A stretch of DNA of 64,000 nt from Octopus vulgaris (taxonomy: Eukaryota): the NCBI GenBank assembly GCA_951406725.2, contig OX597835.1, positions 3,658,001 to 3,722,000 on the forward strand. The letters run 5' to 3'. The notes under the pieces are model-generated. The model had not been told where the DNA came from. It ran no database searches and saw nothing but the letters and a program-made list of their open reading frames with translations. Every line of letters begins with the position of its first letter. The first letter of the stretch is position 1. Position numbers and translations under genes: made by a program. Shown here in pieces: positions 30,441-44,558 of the stretch.

Positions 30441-30864
30441 AAAGGTCTGGAGCAATTGGTTAAATGCCTCTATAGTTAATGTTACAAGTTGAGTCCATGT
30501 CGCCCATAGTTACTTTCCCGCGCGCAAGTTTTACATATTATTCTTGCTTATCTCGAATTAATTCTGATCGAGTAACCTCATCAAATGCATTCCGGCCGTG
30601 ACAATCCCTCCCCCTTCTTTATGATATAGAAGGTTTACATTATCTGATGTGTCCTGTCTTTATTTCGAAGGAAAGCGTGAACTGAGGGAGATTTCATTGC
30701 TGATCGTGGAAGGTCACGTGATCACATTATGAACCACGCGTTGCCTTGCGTGTTCCTGGTAACCAAAGCAATGGAATTCTGGATCAGTGTCATGACACTT
30801 AGTGTGATTCATAGACTTGTGTATGACGTTCTAAGTTGTTATCAAATCCTCAAATATGATACTT

Positions 30865-31193
30865 TTTTTAACTTGTTTCAGTCATGTGACTGCGGCCAAC
30901 GCCTTTAGTCGAGCAAATCGATCCCCAGGACTTATTCTTTGCAAGCCTAGTACTTATTCTATCGGTCACAGTTACGGGGACGTAAACACACCAGCATCGG
31001 TTGTCAAGCGATGTTGGGGGGGGGGGACAAACGCAGATACACGAACACACACACACACATATATATATATACATATATACGACAGGCTTCTTTCAGTTTC
31101 TGTCTACCAAATCCACTCACAAGGCTTTGGGTTTCCCGAGGCTAGAGTAGAAGACACTTGCCCAAGGTACCACGCAGTGGGACAGAACCATGT
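30865..31193 (-). mobile_element. SINE family B, 5'-truncated with small deletions
   Basis: Matches 47375-47830. Confidence 0.88.
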
Positions 31194-31209
31194 CGTTCGT
31201 AAGATTGTT

Positions 31210-31440
31210 AATGGAAGCCCAGCAGTCTGCCCTCTCCAAACCACTGATGTTACCCTAGGCAAAGGGGCCGATACAGCTTGGCACCAATGACGTCGCCATT
31301 CATTTCTACAGCTGAGCGAACTGGAGCAACGTTGAAATAAAATGTCTTGCTCAAAAACACAACACACAGCCCGGTCTGGGAATCGAACTCACTACCTCAT
31401 GACTGCGAGCCCGACGCTCTAACAACTGAGCCATGCACCT
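31210..31440 (-). mobile_element. tRNA-headed SINE family C
   Basis: Reverse complement head AGGTGCATGGCTCAGTTGTTAGAGCG...GAGTTCGATTCCC (A and B boxes); body TTGAGCAAGAC...CTCAGCTGTAGAAATG. Confidence 0.8.
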
Positions 31441-31710
31441 TCAGCTTGACTATATAGTGTGTTAGTAGTATTTATTTTTATCAAGTTTAAGCGGGGTTTC
31501 CGACTTAACTGGAACCTCAAGCGTCGTTTTTACCAAACTGCTATGAAAATATGTGAGAAGCCAAAAAGGCTGGAACATAGAATGTTTCGATAAAGAGGAA
31601 ATAAGATTCTGTAAGAAGGGTTATGTCACTGTTTTTATTCCCCCCGGGGATCACAGATAACAAGTTGCAGTATTACTAAGGGTCGCAAACAATCATTTCT
31701 GCAAGATCAT

Positions 31711-31818
31711 CTACTACTACTACTACTACAACTACTACTACTACTACTACTAATAATAATAATAATAATAATAATAATACCAGCACCAGCAGCACCACCA
31801 CCACCACCACTACCATTA

Positions 31819-31862
<44 letters not shown>

Positions 31863-31945
31863 CCCACCACCACCACCACTACCACAATCCTCCACCACCA
31901 CCAACTACTACTACCACCACCACCACCACCACCACTACTACCATC

Positions 31946-31995
<50 letters not shown>

Positions 31996-32030
31996 CAACT
32001 ACTACCAACTACTACTACTACTACTACTAT

Positions 32031-32069
<39 letters not shown>

Positions 32070-32090
32070 AACTACTACTACTACTGTTAC
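31711..32090. repeat. Compound (CTA)n/(CCA)n/(TAA)n microsatellite
   Basis: Direct inspection. Confidence 0.95.
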
Positions 32091-32708
32091 TGTATCAAAA
32101 AAGAATGTGGCGATCCGGTTTCGATTTCTTCTAGTTGTAACGATTTCGCATACGTCTTTCAACACCCATGGGGGGCAGAAATCACGCTAGACAGCGACAG
32201 AATCTCACAACATCGAAGCTTGTATTACACGTTTTACACGGTCTTAATTATTTCAAGCTCTATAAATGTATAATATCGTTTGTTTCCTTCGCTAAATAAT
32301 TACCACATCATAGCAGAAACCTTTCCGACTGCCAAACTTCAGTTTCTGACTTAAAATGAAAGATGTAGCACGAACGAAACTGTTACCACAAAATTTCAAG
32401 TTCAATTTACAGGGTGCTGTCTTCGTGTCACTTGTTATTAATGGAGGCCAGGAATTAATGCGCTCAGACTATCTATTTCCGTAATTGAAGACGGATCTGT
32501 TTAGAAGACTCTGCCCCACGTTTCTGAATTACCAGGAAAAGTTTGTGGCGTAAGAAGACATACAAAGAGTGAGAGAAGGAATATATGGGTGTACATGTCT
32601 ATGTTTATGTACGTATAGGTATATATATGAATATGTATGTGTATGCATATATATATGTGTATGTATTTCGGCGTATATATGTGAGTGTGTGTGTGTGTAA
32701 AAGTATGA

Positions 32709-32802
<94 letters not shown>

Positions 32803-32811
32803 TAATAATAT

Positions 32812-33091
32812 TAGGGAGTATAACTCCAAACTTACAGGGAAAAGTTTAATTTAGTATTAAATCAAATTTCACAATATAGATATATAATATATATTTAAAT
32901 TAGAGATAAAACCACTATTATGCAATTCAAATAATGATAGACATAAACCAAATCATAAAGAAAAAAATGTATTATAAAACATAAACTTTTATAATGTTTA
33001 TATATGTTTTATAATATATTTTATTTTTTCTTTATGATTTGGTTTGTCTATCATTGTTTGAATTACATAATATTAGTTTTTCTCTAATTTA
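32812..33091 (-). mobile_element. Fold-back remnant, family P1
   Basis: TAGGGAGTATAACTCCAAACTTACAGGGAAAA terminus after (TAA)n. Inverted arms at 32896-33091 are homologous to 11889-12014. Confidence 0.65.
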
Positions 33092-33122
33092 TAAACATGT
33101 GCATATACATAGATACATACAA

Positions 33123-33210
<88 letters not shown>

Positions 33211-33302
33211 TTAGATAGATACACTTGTAAAAATATGTATGTGTATTTAGATTTATGTATATGCGTGAATATATATGTTTATACAATTATGTATATGTTT
33301 GC

Positions 33303-33357
<55 letters not shown>

Positions 33358-33747
33358 GTGTGTGTGTAATAGGTATATATTTGCATATATTCATGTACAT
33401 ACGTATATTTTATTATTTCGCTTGGCATAGCTAATACTAATAACCTTTGTCTGTCCTTGTTTGTCCCCTCTATGCTTAGCCCCTTGTGGGTAGTATAGAA
33501 ATGTATATGATATTCGTGCATATTCATATGTGTCTTCAGGTGTGTGTGTGTATGTGTGTCCGTGTGTCCGTCCGTGTCGGCGTTAACTTGGCCCTTCTTT
33601 TCCATAAATCTGCAGTTCAAGAAAAACAGCTCGATAAAAAAAATTACCAGATTAAAATAAATACTGATCGATATAATGAACCAAAACCGTTGGTGGCCGT
33701 GCACCAGCATGGCCGCAGCCCGCTTACATAGATCAATCAAATGTATT

Positions 33748-33807
<60 letters not shown>

Positions 33808-33933
33808 TCTACTCTGACTAAAGATTTACATGAAATAGTGGGCGTGAAATAAGTTTTTTTCTCCGCCTTGAGTTTGGTTTTTAAGGATAAAATTTAATTC
33901 CCTTTTTTTTTCACTTTTTTCTCTCTTTTTATG

Positions 33934-33973
<40 letters not shown>

Positions 33974-34428
33974 TCGTTTTCTTTACTTTCTTCCTACCTT
34001 TTCCTCATTCCCTTTCTTTCTCTCTCTCTCTCTCTCTCTGCTTCTCTCCATTCCCCCTCGCTCCCTGTCCCCTTTTCTCCACCCCTCTCTCTGTATATTC
34101 ATTTCTTTACAACCGACGTGCTGTGAAATACCAGGGCTATTCTAATTACTCATTTCGGTTTTAATGAATTTTCATTTGAATTATGAAACAACATTAAACA
34201 CACACACACATACACACACACATACATACATACAAACACATGCACATACACACACCCGTACGTACAGATAAATGTGTGTGCACACACACAGAGGCAACCC
34301 CGTATGCACTCACAAACACACACATGCACCCCGCCACATAAACATATACTCATCCCTTCACGCACATACATGCACAGTGATATAAATTACATGCAACTCC
34401 GTCAGTTTCGACAATGAATCCACCACTT

Positions 34429-34652
34429 GTTCTTTTCTGCTCTAGGCACAAGACCCGAAATTTTTGGGGAGGTGGCCAGTCGATTAGGTCGACGCCAGTA
34501 CGCAACTGGTACTTAATTTTTCGATCTCGAAAGGATGAAAGGCAAAGTCGACCTCGGCGGAATTTGAACTCAGAACGTAAAGACAGGCGAAACACCTATT
34601 TCGTTACTACCCACAAGGGGCTAAACACAGAGGGGACAAACAAGGACAGACG
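34429..34652 (-). mobile_element. Chimeric SINE family A (tail type 1 + headless body + tail type 3)
   Basis: Reverse complement: ...CCTTGTGGGTAGTAACGAAATA|GGTGTTTCGCCTG...body...AAATTTCGGGTCTTGTGCCTAGAGCAGAAAAG. Confidence 0.85.
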
Positions 34653-34780
34653 TACTCCAATTCATGCTCTTACACATACTCATCCAGATACATATACTCA
34701 CAAATATATAATACAATCATATTCACACACTTCCTCTCTGTCTCATATACACATGCACACACACAAAATATCAACCTCAC

Positions 34781-34913
34781 AAGAATAAATCGAGATTTCC
34801 GCGTTCCAATCTCATCAAGTTCAAGATTGCCCTTCACTGTCCGAATCTTTTCTGAGTTCCCTATGATAGACTCTTGTAGGGCAAAATAATCATTACAATC
34901 GATTATTCCTCTT
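34781..34913 (-). CDS. Candidate internal exon, minus strand
   Basis: Weak tatacag acceptor and GTGAGG donor; open frame RGIIDCNDYFALQESIIGNSEKIRTVKGNLELDEIGTRKSRFIL. Confidence 0.25.
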
Positions 34914-36317
34914 CTGTATATTTTAAATTTCTTCAAGGACAATCGACAAAATAAGCATCAGATTTATATGAATACTAGGGGTGGGGGTCGACCTGATTGA
35001 CTTAACCATTTCAAGAGAATTTTTGCAGCCCATTGGTTAAAATCGGTGATAGAAAATGGTACGATTTTACAGTAAATGGAACCTTAATGTTTTCGAGTAA
35101 CAAGATACTCAACTCAATGAATCAATGGCAAGTATTCTTCAAATACCCTCAATTCTCAGGGACAAATCTACCCTTAATTCTCAGGGACAATCGATTTGTT
35201 GTTTCTGTAACAATCCCTCCCAACCCACCTGTGATGGTACTTATTCAAATATAAGCATATATGTGCCGAAACACAAACGCCTTGCAGAACGGCACTCGGT
35301 TGCACCAATACGACGTAAGTTGGGAATACATAAATGAAAGCCACACGAAACAAGTGGTTCTAGTTTCACAACGATTCTTCACACATCTGCAAATGCAATT
35401 CTTGGACACAACAACAGTATTGCATCCTGGAATTAAGGAGTGTTTCGAGTTTCGCAAAAATACATCCTCGTTTAGAGAATCTGACTGAATTTGACCGAAC
35501 CTCGACCTCATTCCAAAGAGCATTCCAGTAAACCCTCCTCTCCACTCAATTCTTTTTAACCCGACTGTTTTCGGTATTATTTTCTCCGCAACCTCTTCAT
35601 TGTGCTTGATGACTTTTTCCCTACTCAATTCGTAATGTTCGGAACTCCATAGGCCTTGCTCAAAGGACGACCTGCAAACCTTCGATTGCTCATCTCCACT
35701 AGCATGCACCTATCCGCCACCGGTTCCTGTAAAAGACCTTCACCAATTCCTGATGCTTCTCTCTATTCCATTTTTTACGCGTCCTCCATCCTTCCTTCTA
35801 AGATTGCTGTTATTCTAAATAAAATGGAATATATTTTGACCTTACAAATACATTCTGTACGTGTACCTATCTGTATGTACACACACACACACACACACAT
35901 GTGGGTGTGTCTATGTAATGGCATATCCTGTGTGTAGTTAATCTATTGGATTAGTAAATATTTGGATACTAATATAAAAGAGCAGTTATATCTGACACTA
36001 ATTCGTTAATCTCTTATGGCGGAACAAACTAAACATCGCCAATAAATAAATAATAATATTAAACAAAAAATAAGTAAAACGAATGAAAAAAATAGCACCC
36101 CGACACTTGGTTACCCGAATCCAGGATCTCCGTTTCGTTGGGGGTTAACTGGGTTTGTTAGGAGAAAAATCTTGGGTCGGCAGATTGAATGTTGACACTG
36201 ATCACTGAGAACTTTTACAATTAACCTTACAATTAAGAATATTTCACAAAATTTGATGACTCCGCAACGCGTTCTCTTTCTCTCTCTCTCTTATTCATAC
36301 ATACATACATACATACA

Positions 36318-36352
<35 letters not shown>

Positions 36353-36538
36353 GTATGAGAGAAAGATGAAAGAGAGAGGGAGAGAGAGTGTGGAAAAGTG
36401 TACTGTTCCGTTATTGGTCGAATGAACGCAAAGTATTCCATCGTACGAGAGATAAATATCATATAATAAACACAGAATTTAAATGGGAGCTACTAAAGTT
36501 GAAACTTAGAGCAGCTCGCGTTTAAGTGTTTTTGGAAT

Positions 36539-36625
<87 letters not shown>

Positions 36626-36923
36626 GCGTGTGGGTGTGTACCTGTCTATCTCAATTTGAAATATTGATGTTGTATTAAATGTCTGAACAAACAGCTTGAT
36701 AGGAAAATCTAGTAAAATTCCAGTTTTGATCTTCACGAAGAGTCCATTACATAGACCCCCCCCCCAACTACATAGTACATACATACACACGTACATATAT
36801 ATACATACATACATTCATGTATATATATATATATATACACATATATATATATACATATACATATACATACACACACACACACACACACACAGAGGCACAC
36901 ACACACACACACACATATATATG

Positions 36924-37100
36924 ATTATAATTTAGGGTATTTCCACACTGGAAATAACAACCAATAACAACCAGACTCTAAAACCACATTAAATTTTCAT
37001 ACAGCACTAGTGGTGTATGAATATTTATTGTGGTTTTTAAGTCAAGTTTTGGCTGCTATTTCCAGTGCGGTGGTATCTCTTAGATACCCTAAATTATAAT
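36924..37100. repeat. Imperfect palindrome (fold-back element)
   Basis: ATTATAATTTAGGGTAT...CACT|AGTG...ATACCCTAAATTATAAT, centre at 37008/37009. Confidence 0.8.
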
Positions 37101-37981
37101 TTTAATAATAATTGTTACCTTTAAAAGTTTTTATTCCCATGCTCGCCACTTGATAAGATCGATATTTAAATTAACGATCTTATCCTTATTTATATAAATT
37201 TTTATATATGTATATATATATACATACACACGCGCATGGAATTGTGTATATAAGCAAAAGAATCGGCAAGGAATGCGTTCATAATCAAGCTGAGATAAAC
37301 TTATTTGCTTATGCATCAACAGCCAATAGAAAGAGCACACGCACATACATGCACCCAATTTGAAGCTTTTTGCGTATTTAAGATATGGATGGGTTACATT
37401 GACGTCGGAGTAGCAGAATCGTCGGTGCATCGAACAAACTGCTTATGGTATTTAGTTATTCCCATTTATTTCTTGAACTCAAATACAGCCGTGAATATTT
37501 TTGCCTTTCTTCATTCGCTGAAGTAAAATAACAATGAAATAGGTGAGTTCTATCAGTAATATTTAAGGCCATCAATTCAATGTGTGTGGAGCAGCCTCCT
37601 GCAAACTGCATCTTGCCGAGACATTTATTAAAAGTTTATTCCTTGAAACAGGAAATCCATCTTCATCGTCAACCTCCATTGTATTGTAAACTCTTGCTTC
37701 AGTGGTAAAACATATGTTGAAATTGCTTAATTAAATGTTGTGTGAGGATGGTATCAACCTGTAGGCTTTACTAATTGAAAAATGCCTGGCTCTAGTTTAT
37801 TTTTAATGAAAACATCTTGCTCAATTAAATAGGAATCAAGCCGTTTTATTAATCAAATAATATTTGTCCCACGAGGAATATTTGTAATTGGAATTGTTAT
37901 TAACAGAACAAGTGGAACAGTTATCATGAAGCGAATACACACGCCTGCGAGCACAGACATACAAACATACACACAAACGCG

Positions 37982-38042
<61 letters not shown>

Positions 38043-38459
38043 ACTCACACTCGCTTGTATACAAGATGTGCGCATACGGGATATTTATAAACATATAATG
38101 GAAAATAGTAAAAGAGATAGAAAGAAAATGACAGCGAGAGAGGGAGAGATAGAGTTAAAGTGAGAGGCAGTGGCTTATTGTTGCCCGGTGTCAAATAAAA
38201 TGAATATATATATATATATCATGTGTATATCAAATTTACTTTGGATTAACTCGCATCACGTGAGATGATGAATACATGAAATGTCTCAAGCAATGGCGAT
38301 ACGAAACTGTAGAACATGGTGGTAGCTCCCTCAGTTACTGAGAAATGTTGCTTTGCTTCACTAAAGAAACATACAGACGTACCATTGGTTCAGTGGAAGG
38401 GTGTGGTTGAGTTCACATCAATACAATGTCTATACACACCGGTGGATACATACAGACAT

Positions 38460-39065
38460 GCATACATACCTATATGCATACATACATACATACATACATA
38501 CATACATACATACATACATACATACATACATACATACATACATACATACATACATACATACATACATACATACATACATACATACATACATACATACATA
38601 CATACATACATACATACATACATACATACATACATACATACCTACATACATACATACGTACGTACATACATACATACATACATGCATGCATGCATACATA
38701 CATACATACATACATACATACATACATACATACATACATACATACATACATACATACATACATGCATACATACATACATACATACATACATACATACATG
38801 TATACATACATACATACATACATACATACATACATACATACATACATACATACATACATACATACGTACATACATACATACATACCTACATACATACATA
38901 CATACATACATACATACATACATACATACATACATACATACCTACATACATACATACATACATACATGCATGCATACATGCATACATACATACATACATA
39001 CATACATACATACATACATGCATGCATACATACATACATACATACATACATACATACATACATAC
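38460..39065. repeat. About 600 bp (CATA)n with CATG/CGTA/CCTA variants
   Basis: Direct inspection. Confidence 0.97.
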
Positions 39066-39352
39066 GACGCTCTATAATGAAATCCATATGAAGGATAACC
39101 CCAAGGACAAAGAAATAAGAACCCACAGCATGGTAGAAGCCATGGTCACTCATAGTAAAAGGGAGTACTGGTGGAATGTCTCAGTGAAAACCTCAACTTT
39201 TTGTAAAAGTTCCAGTGAATATAAAAGAATTTGAACCGTTGAATGAAACTCTGTAGTCAGCGATCGTTAAATTTGGAAGCATGTGAAGTGCAGAGTGGGG
39301 ACAATGAAGAACGATTCTAAACCGAAGGATTGTGAATTAATATTTACCAAAA

Positions 39353-39820
39353 GGGCGGCGAGGTGGCAGAATCCTTACCGCGCCAAGCAAAATGCTTATC
39401 GCGATTTTATCCGCCTCTGCGTTCTGAGTTCAGAAATCCGCCGATGTCGATTTTGCCTTTCATCCATTCGGGTGTCGATGAAATAAGAAACCTATTTCTT
39501 TATTACCCACAAGGGGCTAAACACAGAGGGGACAAACAAGGACTGACAAACGGACTAAGTCGATTACATCGACCCCAGTGCGGAACTGGTACTTAATTTA
39601 TCGACCCCGAAAGGATGAAAGGCAAAGTCAACCTCGGCGGAATTTGAACTCACAACGTAACGACAGACGAAATACCGCTAAGCATTTCATCCGGCGTGCT
39701 AACGTTTCTGCCAGCTCGCCGCCTTAATAAGAAATAAGAAACCGTTGAACTCTGGGGTCAATGTAATCGACTTAACCCCTTTCTTGAAATTGCTGGCCAT
39801 GTGCCAAAATTTGAAGCCAA
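39353..39820 (+). mobile_element. Older SINE family A copy (tail type 2), interrupted by an inverted younger copy
   Basis: Head at 39353; body breaks at 39492 and resumes at 39744 with CTGGGGTCAATGTAATCGAC...GTGCCAAAATTTGAA. Confidence 0.85.
39493..39730 (-). mobile_element. Young SINE family A monomer with 13-bp TSD
   Basis: TSD GAAATAAGAAACC at 39480-39492 and 39731-39743. Confidence 0.93.
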
Positions 39821-40895
39821 TTATAATTCACCAATTAATTAAGTTGTATAATAAAGTAGTATTACTGTGAAATTAATAGTTAAACGAAGTAGGTTAAGTA
39901 TCACTGATTAGTTACACTTCTGTTAATTCAATTGAACTTATTAGTCCTAATATAATACTTCAAGCAAACTGCCAGTCACTTTCTTCAGCAGACAAAATAA
40001 CTTTTAAATCATGTAACTTTTTAACTAAACATTATTACTTAAACTCCATCAGATATTTTTAACGAGCCCGTCATCTCTTAGGGAACTAAAACTCTATGTT
40101 AAGTAAAAGAATTTAGAATCCTTTCCTTAAAATCATCCTTAATTTTTCACTCCTTAACCTTCAACCGTTACAAAGTCCATCCAAAATTTCAAATATTGTT
40201 TTCTTTTACATTTGCTGTGACCCTTCAATAACATAACCTATCTTAAATAACCCAACATTCCCCCATGCGTACACGTCCACCCTATTTCTCGTGCACACGC
40301 CCTGTATTTCATATCAACCACTCATTGCCGTTCTTTTGACACTTCCGACCAAAATTTTGGACTTGGTTTTGTTTTGTTTTTTATTCTTCCATCTCCTAAA
40401 CACACCTATTATTACTGACACTTCATACCACCTCCTATACAATATTTAGCAATCTATAAATCTTTATAGCTTTATTCAGCAGAGTTTGAAAAATCATTGG
40501 GGAATCAAGACCAACATGGTTGTTGCAGCCATTTTGATTTTAAGTGCGACAATACTTAGTTCACGGCACGCGATACAAGCTTGTTCGATTCTTCTTATAT
40601 CGAAACATGAACAATTTAGGAGCTTACATTTACATCTTATATTTAACACAAACGCACACACATACACACACCCACACACTCAATATGCATATAATTTACA
40701 TATATATGATATGCATATACGTCATCTGTAATATATATTATATATATAAAATTCAATTAGAGGTTATGTTAGCCTCATGAAGGAATGATGTAATCCAAGT
40801 AAACACTGGTCCAATGGGTAATAATTTTAGGAGAACTGATTTCTTAAGATAATATATTTCCTTAAGATAATGACCTGTAGTTCATATTCATACAA

Positions 40896-41463
40896 AGGAA
40901 GAAGAAAATGGAGATTAGGAAGTTAATAATAGTTTATTATCAACAGTAAATCGAACATTAATCCTTCGCTAATTGTTTCAATTATACACAGTAAATTAAT
41001 TAAATATTAAAGTTCATATTTCTGAGCATATCTTCAGAGTGAACAAAAAAAATATACCTATTTCTTTACTACCCACAAGGGGCTAAACCCAGAAGGGACA
41101 AACAAGGACAGACAAACGGATTAAGTCGATTACATCGACACCAGTGCGTAACTGGTACGTATTTAATCGACCCCGAAAGGATGAAAGGCAAAGTCGACCT
41201 CGGCGGAATTTGAACTCAGAACGTAGCGACAGACGAAATACTGCTAAGCATTTCGCCCGGCGTGCTAACGATTCTGCCAGCTCGCCGCCTTAAGTGAACA
41301 AAAAAATATACCCTTAAATGAATTATATGTTTGTTTATAGATTCATTATAGCAGAGTGAATGATACTATTCCGGCGAGGGATTTACAGCTGTAAGGGATA
41401 ATGGTCGATATGTTGTTGATAATAAACTCGTATTAACTTCACAATCTCCATTTTTCTTCTTCC
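40896..41463. mobile_element. Diverged inverted PLE-like termini interrupted by a SINE
   Basis: GAAGAAGAAAATGGAGATT...TCAACA (about 40898-40945) is the reverse complement of about 41414-41463. Hammerhead remnants: minus CUGAAGA...GAAAC at 41037-40975 and ACAGCTGTAAG at 41385. Confidence 0.55.
41059..41292 (-). mobile_element. SINE family A monomer with about 20-bp TSD
   Basis: TSD AGTGAAC(A)7-8TATACC at 41038-41058 and 41293-41312. Confidence 0.93.
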
Positions 41464-41551
41464 TCCTTCATATTTTATAAATAATATATATGCAATATTT
41501 ATTATATATATATATAATTTGTATATATGTATGTGTGTGTGTATTTATATA

Positions 41552-41673
41552 CAGGGTTGGCCCAAAGTCACCCGACAGTAAATCAAAACCATTTAATTCC
41601 AAGATTTATTTATGTTTAACGACTGAATGATTAACACTTTGATTTACTGTCGGTTGACTTTTGATCTACCCTG
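41552..41673. mobile_element. Tc1/mariner-type MITE (122 bp)
   Basis: TA|CAGGGT...ACCCTG|TA with imperfect TIRs of about 36 bp (AAAGTCACCCGACAGTAAATCAAA / TTTGATTTACTGTCGGTTGACTTT). Confidence 0.88.
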
Positions 41674-41742
41674 TATATGCATACATGCCGCCTATATATC
41701 TATGCATATAAATATGTCTATATGTGTATGTATATATATGTA

Positions 41743-41773
<31 letters not shown>

Positions 41774-41796
41774 GGGTGTATGTATATATATGTATG

Positions 41797-41839
<43 letters not shown>

Positions 41840-41908
41840 GTATATATGTATATATGTATGTATGTATATATGTATATATGTATGTATGTATATATGTATA
41901 TATGTAAG

Positions 41909-41941
<33 letters not shown>

Positions 41942-42605
41942 GTATGTATATATATATATATATATGTGCGTGTATTTGTGTGTGTGAGCGTGCGTGTGTG
42001 TGTGTGTGTGTACTTGCTCTCACATACATGCTTGCTAATTACTATATTTTTCTGTGAGAAAGTTGGTGTTGTAACGATGTAAGATGTAAAAAAAAATAAT
42101 AAAATTGTAATTGTTGAGGTAAGTGTATATAGGATGTGACTGTGGTCAGGTTAGTGAATTATTTCCGCGTGGGTCAAGAGTGCTGAGTCAGAGGACGATC
42201 TCGTCTAGTTACATTGAAGTTAGCTATGGAAGACGAGAAGGCAAAAGAGGTCAGATCTGGACAGGATACCAACGGGAATTACAAGTTGAAACAAATATGG
42301 CGTCTTCAAATGCTGGAGAAAAAAATTGATGTTAGAAATTGGATACCAAAATGTGGCTTAATTTCTCAGTGATACCTTCACATGTTTTATAATCAATAGT
42401 TTTTCTGTTGTTGTTGTTGTTGTTGCTGTTTAAACACAGGTTTAACAATGATCACCAACAAATCTATGATCCAAGCGTTTCATTTGTGAACGTGCGGACC
42501 TGTTTTAGACTTTCAGACTACATCATTTACAGCCAATCTGTCCATTTCTTTTCCCAGTGTTGTGGATTTGACTGTTGTTTCAAAACTCTGAGTGACCTTG
42601 TAGAT

Positions 42606-42859
42606 ATGTGGTTCTCAGTCGGGGTCCAAATGGGACTTTGGGGTTCATAAAAGATTTTGATGATAAAATTCAGGAGCAATAAATTGGTCAGACTTCTTTC
42701 TACAATATAGAAATATTTTAACTGTTTTCCTCAGTTCCTCAAAATATTTCATTATAAAAATATAATAGGATTTTTAAACATTGACTGGCTATAAGGGATC
42801 ACACTAGTAAAAGAGGAATCAAAGAGGTCCATAGGTAAAAAAATTGTTGGGAACCACTG
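42606..42859. mobile_element. hAT/Charlie-type MITE, decayed
   Basis: Ends GTGGTTCTCA... / ...TTGGGAACCACTG; 8-bp flanks TTGTAGAT and ATGTAGAC. Confidence 0.6.
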
Positions 42860-43595
42860 ATGTAGACACCTCCACCATGTTTTCTATAAAGGAATTCTGA
42901 AGAAATGCGATGAAAATTATTTTCTTGTAGCTGTTAGAATTACTTCAGATGGTGTTATAAGGATAAAGCCGAGAGAAAGAGAGGTGAGTAGAAGACTAGC
43001 AAAATAAACTAGATAATCCAGCAGGAGACAACAGGAAAACTATTGTTGCAGATTTACCAAGGATAATGATGAGCCATCAGAAATTGGTATGGAGGTCGAT
43101 GGCACATTGAGTGAGAGGAGAAGAGAGGAAATGAGAGAAGGAAAACCTTTTTCTGACTTAACCTGGGAGAAGATGAAATACTTTGGACCGCTACAATCAT
43201 TCTGGGCCGGGTGAGACTGATGCAATTTATTACACGAAAATACCATTAATGATCTTAAGATTAATAAACATTAGAACCCTCTTGTCTTCTATGAAACTTC
43301 GAGTATTTCTGTATGTCCATTTTTATACTACTAACTTCCAGACATGAGTATACGGCTTTGCATATATGTAGATGCATGTGTTGATATAACTACGTTCATG
43401 TAACGGCCTTGCATGACTTTAGTTCATGGCTGTTCGATTAATTTTGAAGGGTGTGCATTTCATATGTACACGTGATTGTATGCATATATTCGTTCTGTGT
43501 TTATATGCATGCAGGCGCATATGTATGTATACATTTTCCTATAATTGTATGTAAAGTATATATTTATATACATATATATATCTATTTCTATCTAC

Positions 43596-43633
<38 letters not shown>

Positions 43634-43634
43634 C

Positions 43635-43723
<89 letters not shown>

Positions 43724-44138
43724 CAATGTATATTTGAGGCCAAAGATTTGATATATTTCTACAGTTCTCTTTATGAGGAGTCGTCTCCTTTCTGGTTTCA
43801 CAAAACCCTGTGTTTAAATCTTACTCCTATAAACTCCAGGAATAACCATTTATTACTCCAGATGTTTCAAATTAACACCTGAAAGTATTTGCTATGTTAA
43901 TATGTATGTCTAAAATATATTTGAAAGTATTTGTTAGGTTAAGGTGTATGTGTAAAATATATATTTATCATATATATAGAAATGCGTGAAAGTACAAGCG
44001 TGTGTGCGTTTGTGTATGCATGTGTTTGTATATGTAATTATATTTGCACATATGTCATAGATGTATATGCTAAATGTGAAATCTGTGAGTATGCGTTAAA
44101 TGTACATATGTTAAAAAATGTTAAAAAATATATATATA

Positions 44139-44558
44139 GGCGCAGGAGTGGCTGTGTGGTAAAGAGCTTGCTTAACAACCACATGGTTCTGGGTTCAGCC
44201 CCACTGTGTGGCATCTTGGGCAAGTGTCTTCTGCTATAGCCCCGGGCCGACCAATGCCTTGTGAGTGGATTTGGTAGACGGAAACTGAAAGAAGCCCGTC
44301 GTATATATGTATATATATATGCGTGTGTGTGTGTGTGTGTATGTGTTTGTATGCCTGTGTTTGTCCCCCTAGCATTGCTTGACAACCGATGCTGGTGTGT
44401 TTACGTCCCCGTCACTTAGCGGTTCGGCAAAAGAGACCGATAGAATAAGTACTGGGCTTACAAAAGAATAAGTTCCGGGGTCGATTTGCTCGACTAAAGG
44501 CGGTGCTCCAGCATGACCGCAGTCAAATGACTGAAACAAATAAAAGAGTAAAGAGTAA
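44139..44558 (+). mobile_element. Full-length SINE family B
   Basis: Runs from the GGCGCAGGAGTGG head to the AAAAGAGTAAAGAGT tail. Confidence 0.95.

Noticed and set aside
35245-35709. 154-aa minus ORF as a stand-alone gene
   Set aside because: Non-ATG start directly after a stop, no recognisable domain, and no clean splice frame; kept only as a weak exon candidate.
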